This document shows, piece by piece, positions 20,316 to 31,841 of a stretch of DNA of 64,000 nucleotides; position 1 is the first letter of the stretch, and each line of letters begins with the position of its first letter. The notes below the pieces were generated by a model, which was not told the origin of the DNA, did not search any database, and saw only the letters and a program-made list of their open reading frames with translations. This DNA is from Corallochytrium limacisporum Hawaii (taxonomy: Eukaryota > Protista > Pluriformea): contig PDIP01000023.1 in NCBI GenBank assembly GCA_002811645.1, positions 110,808-174,807 on the forward strand, in the 5' to 3' direction. The position numbers and the translations under genes are program-made.

Positions 20316-22971
20316 CGCTCTCCCTTTTGGCGTGCGGAACGAAAGTTGGCTTAGGTACTGAATTTGTACGTTGAATATTCTTGGATTTTTCGCGGTCGTC
20401 TCTTTCGGTTGCCCCCTGAAACCCTTGGCTCGCCCATAAATGCGCTTGCAGGAAAGTTTTGTTGGGTCTTCAAGAGGGGTTCAGTGAGTACAGGGAAAGC
20501 GGGGACCAGGAGAGAGAGAAATTGACTCCCCCCGGCGGTTCTAAACCCCGGGGCGCCAAAAGGAAAGGGAAAAACAAAGCGACTCGCACACTAAAGACTG
20601 ACCCCCTCATCGGTAAATTTTACCACGAAAACAGACTCCCAAATCCTGGGACCGGCCCTCCGGGGTCTTTCATTGTGGCACTGTTTTCAAATATATACGT
20701 ATATCTATTAAACCTCTTAAAAATCAATGTTTTGATTTAATGTATTTCAGCGTGAAATACCACTCTTCAGCCAGCGGTGCAACGGTTCTTCAATCCTTTG
20801 CCAAGCACACACTCATCAACCGCATCCCCACCAGAAGGGCTGCGAAGAGAAAGGGGGGAGGTTTTCTCCAGAGCTCGAGACCCGTCTCCCAACCGCAACA
20901 CCCTGGTCTGTTTCGTTGTACGGTTGGACATCCACTTGCGTGGCTTCCTCTTTTGTAGCAAAGGGAATAAAGCTTCAGCAAGAAAAAGTCGTTTCGAGCC
21001 CCAACGACCGTGATATAATATACCGTTAAGTACACTCACTACCGAGACTGAACTGGAAGGGGGTGTATATCAAAGGTCGCGCGTCCACGGAGGTGACGTT
21101 ACGTTTGGGTATCGCCCGCCGTTGTACAGTATTTCAAAAAATTTGGATCGAGTTTTCCAATGTATTTTGATTGATACACTCTCAACTCCACTGGCATTTG
21201 ACTTGAATTCAATGGAGCGACGCGAGGGGTTCAACAGCCACTTCATGCAAACTCAATACCGGACCCGTCGGATGGGAGACCCGCCGCCATGACAGCACCC
21301 AAATGCACAACCACCGTTCCAAAGGATTCTAAGGGTTGATGAGCATTGGACATACTAGGAAATTGGGGGGTTGCAAGTAGAGACTTGTCCTGGCAGTCCA
21401 TTGCAATTGGCATCGTCACCGTCCGATGGTTGATAGTACCGTGGTCTTAATGGGGACATATCTGAGCAGGTATTCATGGCTGATTCTGTCCTCTGCACTG
21501 TCTGCACTGGCGGATGTTGGGAGGGTTAGTGTTTATCGCATTTGGTTGTTCGAACTGTGCTGGCAATTTTGCCATCGCATTGACCCGATGAGGCGTACAA
21601 CCATCATATACTGTGACGATGATGATGCCCCCCGAATACAACGATAGAAGTTCTCTGTTTCGCTTAGGTGTACCCTGGTGAGCCCCCCACCAAGTTCGGA
21701 GTTTCACCGGAGAAGCCAGTTGCTGTGTACTGTGGTGCATCGGCTTGGATGGTGTGGCAGTTCGCTTTCCTGGTCACTCGATTGTGCGAGTTCGTGAGAC
21801 TATTCGCTTTGCACCTACCGGCAAGGTGATCTCCCATCACTTCGCATCCCCATCAATTCGCATGATAATGGGGTACCCCCCCTGGAGCTTCTGCAAGATT
21901 AGAGCATGCATTTCGCACAACACATTCCTATACGAGTTTCCGTGGGCTAGTAGAGATATGGATTAAGTCTATCAGGCGCAATCATCAAACAGAAACAACA
22001 AAACGCAACACCACTTCTAACACAGATGCAAACAATAGATGCCAAGCCGGTTTGCAAACTCGGAACCGGGAATGATAAACGATAGTAATGGAGTGTGCAC
22101 CTTGGGGGCCATGTCAATTGGCTATCTTAGAACCACTGCCGGCGTCGACTACCCGGCGTACCCTCTTCATCTTTTGCCGATCTTGCGGACACTGAAACGG
22201 CGCAGAGTTTGTCCGCGTTGTTGTGCACGTCACATTTGGCAACTTTGACATCCACTGGCCCAATGCGGATCATGGACTGTCCGCTATGCGAGTGACCTTA
22301 AAGAGTCTTCCTCGGGGTAATTCCCTCACCGTCTATATTTTCCTAGTTCTTCCGTTCCATTTATTCGCTATGGTTTCTTGGAACTTTTGAATTCCGGGAA
22401 TGCAATCCAAGGTGTAAGATCGTATAGCGAGGACCACATGGACCAAAATAGGTCCACTTCCGTGTCACATTCCGCGGACACGACAGTCGTCCAAAGCATG
22501 AGGCTCTAGAAGCGCCATCCCGACAATACATGTATTATCCAGCCATCAATCAATCAATCCATTGCACCATCAATACCATCCATGAGTCTATCTGTCCATC
22601 CATCCATCATCCTGAAGTGCGTAGCTTCACACGTACAGCAGCTCAGATGCACCAAGCATGATGCATGGGCAGGCGAATGTAAGACAAAACCACATGAAGA
22701 GCCTGCGAAAACCGAACGCAGCGTGAACGATACGAGATGTTCTGCTCCCCTACCACGGCTGCCATATACGCCATGTTGGTCATGTAGTTGCAAGATGATG
22801 GGTTGGGAGATCCGTTGGGAGACACCCTCCCGTGTAGGCTCATACACGCGGCGCGAAGAGATGGAAGTGAGTTAACAAAGGGAGGGCAGCCCACACCGAA
22901 CATGCGACAAAAGATGAGAATTTTTCTTCTTTGTCTGCCCACTTTTGGCTACCCGCTGGCTCAGTCGCTGC

Positions 22972-22974
<3 letters not shown>

Positions 22975-23045
<71 letters not shown>
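22975..23045. repeat. (TC)n followed by (TCTCAC)n compound microsatellite
   Basis: Read directly from the sequence. Confidence 0.9.
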
Positions 23046-23046
<1 letters not shown>

Positions 23047-23699
23047 GCTCGCTCATCTCTCTCTTCCCATCCTTTCATGGCTTCCCACTAAGACTGTTAC
23101 AAAATCACACACAGTCATCGTTACCCGTGGCCCATCTGGAAAATTCCCAGGTCTCTCTACAATCGCCATCCCCACGCCGCATCGTGTGGCAACCCGTGTG
23201 TCCCGTGTTCCCCGTCACCTCGGATGGCATCGATGAGATTAGGAAGGAAAAACAACTGGTTTGAAACGAAAATAATGCTGGTTATTCAGTATCGACCACG
23301 CCCACCTCTTCCCCCGACTATGGGGATTTTCCCAAAAGGAGTGCGGCGGCCGCGACCGATCAGGCGCCAGCCGCCCGGCCAGCATCTCCAGGGTCTGCGG
23401 CCTTCTCCTCCTTCCCGAAGCATGAGAAAAAAAATTTCGAGGAAAGTCTTCCCTTTCTTCTCCCACTCTCCCCAGCTCTCTCTCTCGCTCGCTCTCTCTC
23501 TGTGTCTCTCTGTGGCCCTGACTTCTGTGTTCCCTTCCTGGGCTTCTCTCTCTTTCCCAATCCGCGCTCTTTTCAACCGTAACACTGCGGCCCGGCCAAT
23601 TCCTTAGAGACCCCGCACGCAGCGCCACCAGAGCTGTCAAAACCAACGAACTACAAGAAAGCATTTCTTATAATCAAACAAACCCATCTCATCTTTAAG

Positions 23700-24690
23700 C
23701 CCCCCTCCACCCCCTGGCTCCCCTGCTAACCCTAAACGATCGCGAATATTGATCTTTACTTTTGATATTGGGGAATCCCGGGTGGTGGCTATTTTTATAC
23801 TACACGACTGGGGTCCGACCGTCCCCCTCCTCCCTGGCTGCGGGGCGGTTGGGCCGGCACAGGAATCCATTGGTGTATCCAAAGATATAGTAAAACACAC
23901 CCGGAAAAATTGCGAGTTTTGCCCGGTTGCTCCGTAATTAAACTCCCTTTTTTATTGTTTGCAGCCAGCGAAGAACCACCTGCTTTTCCCGCCAACCCTC
24001 ACCCCAGCCCAACCAAAAATATACACACTCTTTGTCTTCCCTACCTCCCCCTTCTTCGGTGAGCTGATATTTTTTGCTATGAAAAAGTCTCGTGATTTTG
24101 GAGGTGCGGATTAGCACTTATCACCGGAAGCGTAGCCGTGGGTCAGCAACCGCGGTCGGCTGGCCCACCGGCGCCCAACCATCGCAAAAAATACAAAGAA
24201 AGGATTTCCAAATGGAAACTCCCCCCCCTCCCACAAAAAAAATTGAAAGGAGGGAGAAAAAGCGGGAGCAAAGAAATTGCGCGGAGAGCACAGGCTTCTA
24301 GTTAGTCGGAAAATGACAAGGTCCCCGCGCTCGCTCTCTCTCTCTCTTTCTTTTATTGTCCCCAGTTTTTTTTTTTGCTTCCACTCTCTCCCGTGAAATG
24401 GGGCGGCCGCACTGCAAGCTTTCTTCGTGCCCTCTTCACCATTTCCCGGCACAAGGGGAAGAGTGTATGGAGACAGAGAGTGAGAGAGTGGGTGTGTGTG
24501 GGTTTCTTGATAGGTTAAGTTAGGTATTCTCTCTGCCCAACCGCCGCCACAGTTGTCTGTTTCTGTAGTGACGAAGAGCAAGTAGTACATGAGATGTAGC
24601 GGCGGGACAGTTGATTTTTACTTACTTTTTTTTTCTCCTTTCACTGTTCAATCGGCCGCCGGATTCAGATGGCGGGCGGTTTTGGTGAGT
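23700..24690 (+). ncRNA. Candidate telomerase RNA / structured lncRNA (ends uncertain)
   Basis: CTAACCCTAA at 23726-23735. 14-bp stem 23812-23825/23842-23855 with 3 G-U pairs. Loop CTGGCTGC is complementary to GCAGCCAG at 23961-23968 (pseudoknot). Further hairpins at 24135-24172, 24381-24491 and 24541-24605. CCAAT at 23596 and TATAAT at 23669 upstream. No convincing protein-coding ORF. Confidence 0.4.
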
Positions 24691-27600
24691 AGGTAAAACG
24701 CATACCGGAGCGCACGGGCCTGCCTGGTCCTGAGACGGTTTGTCATTTTTTTCTTAATTTCGTCTCTCGATATACACACACACTGAGTTAGAATTCTTGT
24801 GTGCCCTCTGTCCCAGTGTTCTTCAAATCAACAACATACGCGCGCTTCGTCATGTTCGCTTGAATCGGAGCTCAGGAAGATTTTTCATAGTGAAACAGTA
24901 CGATAGAATGACGATGGCAGAGCTGATGCTGTGCTGGCAAAAATTGTGTGACGCTCTCCTTGCATCAAGCGTTCCTCTGTGGCCATGGCGAAGACGGGCC
25001 TTCTGCTACCGACGCAAGTTTTCTTTCTGACTGTACAGAGCTACACCACATGCACACACGCACTCATAGCCATCGATGCCGCTCGAGATGTCCATCTCTC
25101 ATTGTTCCTGGGCCCATGTCCCTCAAACGATGCCCGAGTAGCCACGAACGCCGCTCGTGTGTTGTGCGGATGTGCCTCTCACTATTGGGATGTGTGCGTG
25201 AGTCGGTGTTTGAAGCAAGAGTCCGCATCTGCTTGCGTAGTGGGTTCCCCGCAGCAAAGAGCTTCAGTTGCATCCTTTTGAAGAATGCGGTGCGATGTCG
25301 GGCTGACCTCCTGTCAGGCGCTAGTTTATTTCTTCCTCCTTTCTACCTTTGGCATGGAAACTGCGTTACGTAATTGGACGTGAGCTACATTAAAAGGGGT
25401 TGCGATTGAAGCGCGACCGAGCAGAACTTGCTCTTGTTCAAGGGTGGCGGGCTCTCGAGGGCGCGGGCCGTTTCCTTTGTGTCCGCACACATACACATAT
25501 ACACACACTGCATCTTCTAGCACTGCAAGCCACAGCTCGGGCTTTGTGCGTTTGAGAAATGTTGCTTGCTTGTTTTCTGCTCAGTCATGGAGTTCTCCTT
25601 GCACGGTTCTCACACATGACGCACACACACACGCTGGCTCCCGCCGGCGTCGGCCACATTAGACTGGCCAGCCAGAATAGCTGGCTGACTCGCTTGGCTC
25701 AGCTGAAACCGGCTGGCTTTTTGGTTGGGTTTCCCCGCAGCGCGGAAGACAGAGCGAGCGCTTAACAGTTGGGTTTCGGTTTGCGGGGTTGCTTCGACTG
25801 CCTTGCATACACACAGCATGACGAGCATCATGACCTACCCAAGCACCCCCTTGCCTACTTGTCCGGAAGGCCCCGCGAACCCCCCCCCCCGGGGGGTTAA
25901 GGGGGAGCCCGGATCGCGCAAAGGGACAGAAAGGCGTGTCAAACGAAAAATTGCAAGAGTAAATAAATAAAGAGAGACAGAGAGATCTCTCTCGCAAAAC
26001 AGAGCAAAAAATCTATGTTGCGTCCATGGAATGCGCGGACCTCGACCGACCGGACTGTGTAGACCATAAAGGATGGTGGCAAAGAGGAATATTGGGTGGG
26101 GATCTGGGATTCCATGCCGGTAACATTGGCAAGTCTACCGGGCTTGTGATTTTTTGTGACTGTGTTGGAATGCGGGAGACGGACTCGTTAGGGTTTTGTC
26201 GTCCCGTGTACTTTTTTTGCAAACTTGCCGCTGCGAAGGAGCGGCGAGTGTTCGGTGCCTTGGGGACTTTTCTTTTTGGCTGAATTTTGCGGGTAGGGAC
26301 CAAGGGGCCGGTGGGGGGAGGGGGGGCGGAGGGGACACGAACCGAAAAACCAACAGCACCCTTTCCCTCCCCAACCTTCGATGGCATTACCTTGGGTGGA
26401 CAAGCAATTGATTTGATGCCGTTTCTTCACGACTATCGCATAAAAATGAAGAACTTTAATGTGTTTATGCAGTCCCCATCGAATCAGAAAGGACTGTCGG
26501 GTTCTGGAGAGTGTGTCCTTCGCTTCTTTTTTTTTTTTGGATCGAGCTTTCAGTGGTGCGGTGTTGGTTAGATATGGGTTGTGTGGAGTCTCGGGCTAGA
26601 TATGCTTGCCTCGAGTACATGGTCCAATGACTGCTGCTTCCCCGCATGTGGGGCACATGCACAAGTCAAAATATCAAGGGTTTCTGCAGCATCTACTATC
26701 GCAGAACATCCATACATGAGTAAAGCACAAGCATGTACCCAAGTGCCAAACGTGAAACTGTCACACGTCCACTGGGGTACCACGTAAGTGGCACGGAATC
26801 ACCGTCTGCATCAGATAGACGGCGATGGATATAACAGCTCGGAAGCCCATGCCTCCTGCAAGGTGGAACTGCACCCATTTCAGGGCGCCGTTGTGGCTGC
26901 CGTTGGGCAGCTGGCCACAATCTCATCTCCCCGTATTGTGTCATTTTCACTGGAGAGCACGTCGTATGTTGCTGGTGCCTGATTGGATGTACATGAATGG
27001 TATCGTTGTACATTCGGTACCTGCTCTACGGTCCTATCGGCCAGAAGGTCGATCCCACGGACATCTCCCTGTGTGTGTGTTCACCCCAGAACATCATAAA
27101 AGCATGCAAAAAATTTTCACGGGAGGACGCACTGATTGATGGGGACCGCATGTCCGGCAAGACTGCCCGGGGTTCGCATCCCTAAACTGTCACACACCCA
27201 GACGTGGATATGGCGATGCAATTGGGCACGTCGTTCACCAGCATCAACTTTGGACAACCCGCGAAGCGTCTTACAGACACCTACCTGACCGCTGTTTTTT
27301 GCTGACCACGTAGTGATTATGTAGTACTTGCTGTGTGTTCGTTGTAAGTTGAAATGTTGAAGGAACTTGGACACAGCCGCAAACCACTAAGGACGAGATT
27401 AAAGGTGTCTGCAGCAGCCCCCTTGTCAGGAGAGGCCCACTCAACGATGACGCTCTGACGTTTCGTGGTGCACTCAAGGGGCACCCAAAATGGAGAACAG
27501 GGAAAACAAAAAGAGCCAAATCAACCAAAACGGCTCAAGGGTCGAAACAGACTAGCGGCAGGAAAGGCAAGTGCAAGCAGCAGTTGGAACGCCAAGTCAC

Positions 27601-27843
27601 TCGGGACCCATGTCCCAGTTAAGCTCTAAGTCCCCTCAATGGTGATGGACGTAGGTTGGGGGAAAAGTGGGGGGGGGACATGCGAGAGTGATATGTACGT
27701 TGGATAGGGTGAGAAGGTATGGACAAGCGATTGGGCACTGCGTCAGAAACCATCTGGCTTTTGAACCCCCCCCCCCGGGGGGGGGGGGGACCCCCCCTTC
27801 CCTTCCCTTTCGTCGCGGGGCCTCGCACGCGTGTCAATCGGAA

Positions 27844-27941
27844 NNNNNNNNNNNNNNNNNNNNNNNNNNNNNNNNNNNNNNNNNNNNNNNNNNNNNNNNN
27901 NNNNNNNNNNNNNNNNNNNNNNNNNNNNNNNNNNNNNNNNN
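27844..27941. other. Assembly gap with duplicated flanks
   Basis: N-run. Sequence 27766-27843 is nearly repeated at 27942-28016. Confidence 0.95.
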
Positions 27942-28777
27942 CCCCCCCGGGGGGGGGGGGAGACCTCCCCTTCCCTTCCCTTTCGTCGCGGGTCCTCGCA
28001 CGCGTGTAAATCGGAAAATAATGGGACGAGGATGGGTTGGACGAAAAGCCAACACTAAGAAGACCTGACCTTTGTGGGTGCGCGCACACACCAGCACTTT
28101 TAAAGTGGGGAAAGAAAAGGGAAGAAAGAGGGGAGAAGGAAGTTTTGGGGGGAGAGAAGGTTGGGAAGAGAGACACCCCTTTTTATGTTTTCGTGAAAAG
28201 TGAGTTTTTCAAGATTTTTTTCGTTGGGTTCTGGACAAAACACAGACGCACGCCTCGGGGCTATGGGAAGAAAGAGAACGAAAGAAGAGCAAACTAACAC
28301 GAGACCCGAGGGAAGGGGGGGGGAGGGGAGAGAGAGTGTGTGTGTGTGTTGGGAGTACAAAGCGAAAAGCAAAATGGTTTTAATGGAGAGAATTGGGGAG
28401 GGCCCGGGGGGGGGACAAGGGGAAAAGTTGGCAGTGGAAAATAAAGCCGACAGAATGGAAAGGAAAAGAGGCAAGTGTTAAAGAAAGGGGTGGGGGAGGA
28501 AGCAGCAGTGCGAAGCATCTGTACATGTGCGAAGTCATACTTATGGCTGACATCAGATAGATTAAGAAGGCAGAACATGGAACCGGGTGAAGAGACATTG
28601 ATGTTACAAGCAACGCTGAAAGGGAGATGGACCAAGTCGGTTACGGAGTGTATATGTATGTATGGAACTATGGCACATGGATGTCTATTGAATTATGCTA
28701 TTGAATGTGGAATGGATTTGTGTTATGCTCTGGTGATCTGGTTTTGTTTCTGTTGGGTTTTTTATACTCAAAGCCCT

Positions 28778-30153
28778 CTACTGTTGCTGCTGCTGCAGGA
28801 ACTGCAGGTGGCTAGTGGTGTACAGGTAGTTGCCCTGTGCGTCCTTAACGTTGAAGCACACCATACGCACGGGAACCTTGACACCGCTGGTGGATTTGAG
28901 AGTGACGTTGCACTCCCAGGCGCCGTGTCCGCCGAGTAGACTGGCAGCGTGAATGAACATGAAGCGTTCGAGATCCCGCTCGTTCTCAATCATGTCAAAG
29001 ACAAAGTTCGACTTCGAACCGTCGAGCTTCAGGTCAAGCAGGCCCTGGATGACCTCGCCGCAATGGACCACACCGCTGAACATATCCCATGCCAAGCTAA
29101 AGCTACGCTGGGAAGGTCCCACGGAAGGGGTGTACTCGTCGACGACAATCGACGAGAAGCTCTTCTTCATGTCTTCAAAGATGTTCTTGAGCATAGTCAT
29201 CTCGTCGAGAATGTAGTTCTGGACGAGCTTCTGCCTGTTGGCGTTGCCGCTGCTGCGTTCGTTCACGGTAGAGCGCAGCAGGTTCACAATGTTGCGGACC
29301 AGAGAGTAGAGATCTGGGCGCCGGCAGGCGATGATGCCTGTTGGAGCTTGATGCTTCCGGCAATTCCAGCAACATTGCGTCCGCTCTGGGAGTTAGTGTC
29401 GAGAATGACATCCATGGCGGATTCCTCGAGGGCAGCATGAGAAATGTGCACCTTCTCGTTCATGGCCGCAGGTCCAGTTTCAGTCTTGAAGAAGCTTTCG
29501 AGCTCCTCGAGCAGGGGCAGCTCCATCTCTCCCATTGGGGAGGTCTGGGCGCTGAGCATAGAGCGCTCGTCGAGCAGGCTGTCTAAAGGGCTGGCCACAT
29601 GAAAGGAATCCATGGGTGATGAGCTCATAAACCCCTCATCTGGGGAAAACATGTTCTGTTTTGGGGGTTGCTGAAAAAGATTTGCGTTGGCGGCCTCGAA
29701 GTTCTTGAGGCGAGCGATCAGGGCGTCAGCAGTCGCCCGAGTCTCCTCGGAAGTGTTAATATCGGAAATGTCAATGCCGTAGTGCTTGCACTGGTCGGCC
29801 AGGGTCATAATTTCCTTGACGATCTTCTTCCTGCGTCCGCGCTTCTTCTTTTCGGGGTCGCGGCAGCGGTCGCAGACATCGAGGCGGATACACCGTCCAC
29901 AGGGGCGTTGACCATCGCAGGCGCGGTGGGCAAGCTTGCAGACAACGCAGGCGATAGCCTGTTCTTCGGAGTTCTTGGTTTCGCTCTTCATCTTGGGGGA
30001 CTTGCGCAGCTGTGAATCGTCCTTATCGGCGGGTTTCACGGCCGGCTTTTCCTCTTGCTTCACTTCGATCTGCTGCTGCAACGGCATATCGAAGCCTGTG
30101 AAGCCCTGTAGGAAGGGCTTCGGCTCGTACTGTTGTCCATAAATCTGGCACAT
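28778..30153 (-). CDS. Zn(II)2Cys6 transcription factor with C-terminal PAS-like domain (ERT1/AcuK/Rds2-like), split by a -1 frameshift near 29337
   Basis: Zinc cluster ACVVCKLAHRACDGQRPCGRCIRLDVCDRCRD-KKKRGR in ORF 29284-30153. The overlapping frame (open 29392 to 28778) encodes a PAS-like region (SLAWD...CNVTLKSTSGVKVPVRMVCFNVKDAQGNYLY). Confidence 0.85.
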
Positions 30154-30753
30154 TGTGAATGTCTAAAATCTGTAAGTCATGGGTTGTTGAAGATAACACT
30201 TGGTCGGATGCCTGTGACGGAATCCACGTTAATTATTGTTTCGATCTCTTTTATACCAGTATGTTGTATCTCTTACAAACATTGCGCTTCCTATTTCTTC
30301 CGTGTGCCGTGTCCAAGTTGCTGGTTGGGCGCGTAATGGGTTCCAACGGCCACACTAATATTCTTGCAAACTCGTTTCCCCCCTCTTGTTGCAAATCGGG
30401 TGCGTCTCTTGTTTTGGCGGGTGTGTGTGTCTCTTCATATACACATATATACATTTTGAACTTTTTTTTTCTTATCTCCAGAGCTTGTCCCCCCTACCCC
30501 TCCCCCCCCCCTTGGTCGCTGATGCCAGGCCCTCCCCAGACCTTGGTACTTTTTTTTTGTGTCTTTTCCCCTTCCTTTCCCCCCTTCCCCCGGCGCCCCA
30601 TAGTCGGGTTTTCTATACTTTCTGTATTTGTTTGGAGATTCCCTATTTTCCTCTTCCATTCCAGTTTCTAGGTATACGTTACAGCACTGGCCAACCAAAC
30701 CGTTTCCCCGAGAGGGTACCCCCCTTTCCCCCCCCTCCTTCCTTCCTTTCTGC

Positions 30754-31028
30754 NNNNNNNNNNNNNNNNNNNNNNNNNNNNNNNNNNNNNNNNNNNNNNN
30801 NNNNNNNNNNNNNNNNNNNNNNNNNNNNNNNNNNNNNNNNNNNNNNNNNNNNNNNNNNNNNNNNNNNNNNNNNNNNNNNNNNNNNNNNNNNNNNNNNNNN
30901 NNNNNNNNNNNNNNNNNNNNNNNNNNNNNNNNNNNNNNNNNNNNNNNNNNNNNNNNNNNNNNNNNNNNNNNNNNNNNNNNNNNNNNNNNNNNNNNNNNNN
31001 NNNNNNNNNNNNNNNNNNNNNNNNNNNN
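30754..31028. other. Assembly gap
   Basis: N-run within C/T-rich sequence. Confidence 0.99.
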
Positions 31029-31764
31029 CCTCCGCCCTCCCCTCCTCTCCCCCATTCTTTCCCCGGGGAGGTGCCCCCCTTCCTTTGATGGTTTCTCTCT
31101 CCCTTCCTCTTGTCTCTTTGCCCCGGCCCCCCTGAATTCTCTCACTGTCTGGGCGAAACACGTTCCAGCCGGTCCTCACCGTTTGCAAAGACACCACCAG
31201 ACAGCCAAAGCAGCAAGTTTCAGCATGCTTCTGTGATTTGAGACAGCGGCGATTCCCCGTTACGTATACATTTCCGTGTATTTCGACATGGGTCTCTGGA
31301 TGCTGCGCTGCCACTCTTCAGGAATCAATCCTAACGGCGACACCAATCAAACATGTGAAGCATTGGCTATGGTCCCAATCGTCGCCAGTGGCAAGGAGTA
31401 CACAACAACACGGCAGGGCGGTGATGGTGAGTGACAGTGTCGGTACGTTGTGTTGCAACTGTGCAATTGGTGAATGTGGCAGCAGCGGTAGATTCCTCTT
31501 GACATTGGGTTCTTCCATTTTCCTCCCGGTCTCTCTAATCTTCCTCAACATGTTTGCTATTGATATTTTGGTGTCGCGCATTCCTTCATACTTAACTGTC
31601 CAGAAATCACTGGGACCGTGTGGTGATCCGGATCAGTATTTCTGATCATGACATTGATGAAGGATCTCAATATTCAGATCCATACTTTTATTATAAGCTA
31701 AGCGCTTCCGGCAGCCGACGGGGGGAAAGGGGGGAGAGGGGGGAAACGAGGTCCCCTGCGGCCG

Positions 31765-31766
<2 letters not shown>

Positions 31767-31833
<67 letters not shown>
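31767..31833. repeat. (TC)n microsatellite
   Basis: Read directly from the sequence. Confidence 0.9.

Positions 31834-31841
<8 letters not shown>

Noticed and set aside
24669-25030. Possible spliced ~85-aa gene (ATG 24669, intron 24685-24791)
   Set aside because: It is in frame, but the product is unrecognisable and not protein-like. Kept only as an alternative reading of the 24685 donor.
27121-27185. tRNA-like GGTTCG motif
   Set aside because: No cloverleaf; the T-stem is only 3 bp and there is no acceptor stem.
27766-28016. Tandem duplication flanking the N-gap (also at 39359-39445)
   Set aside because: Near-identical sequence on both sides of a gap is typical of unmerged contig overlaps.
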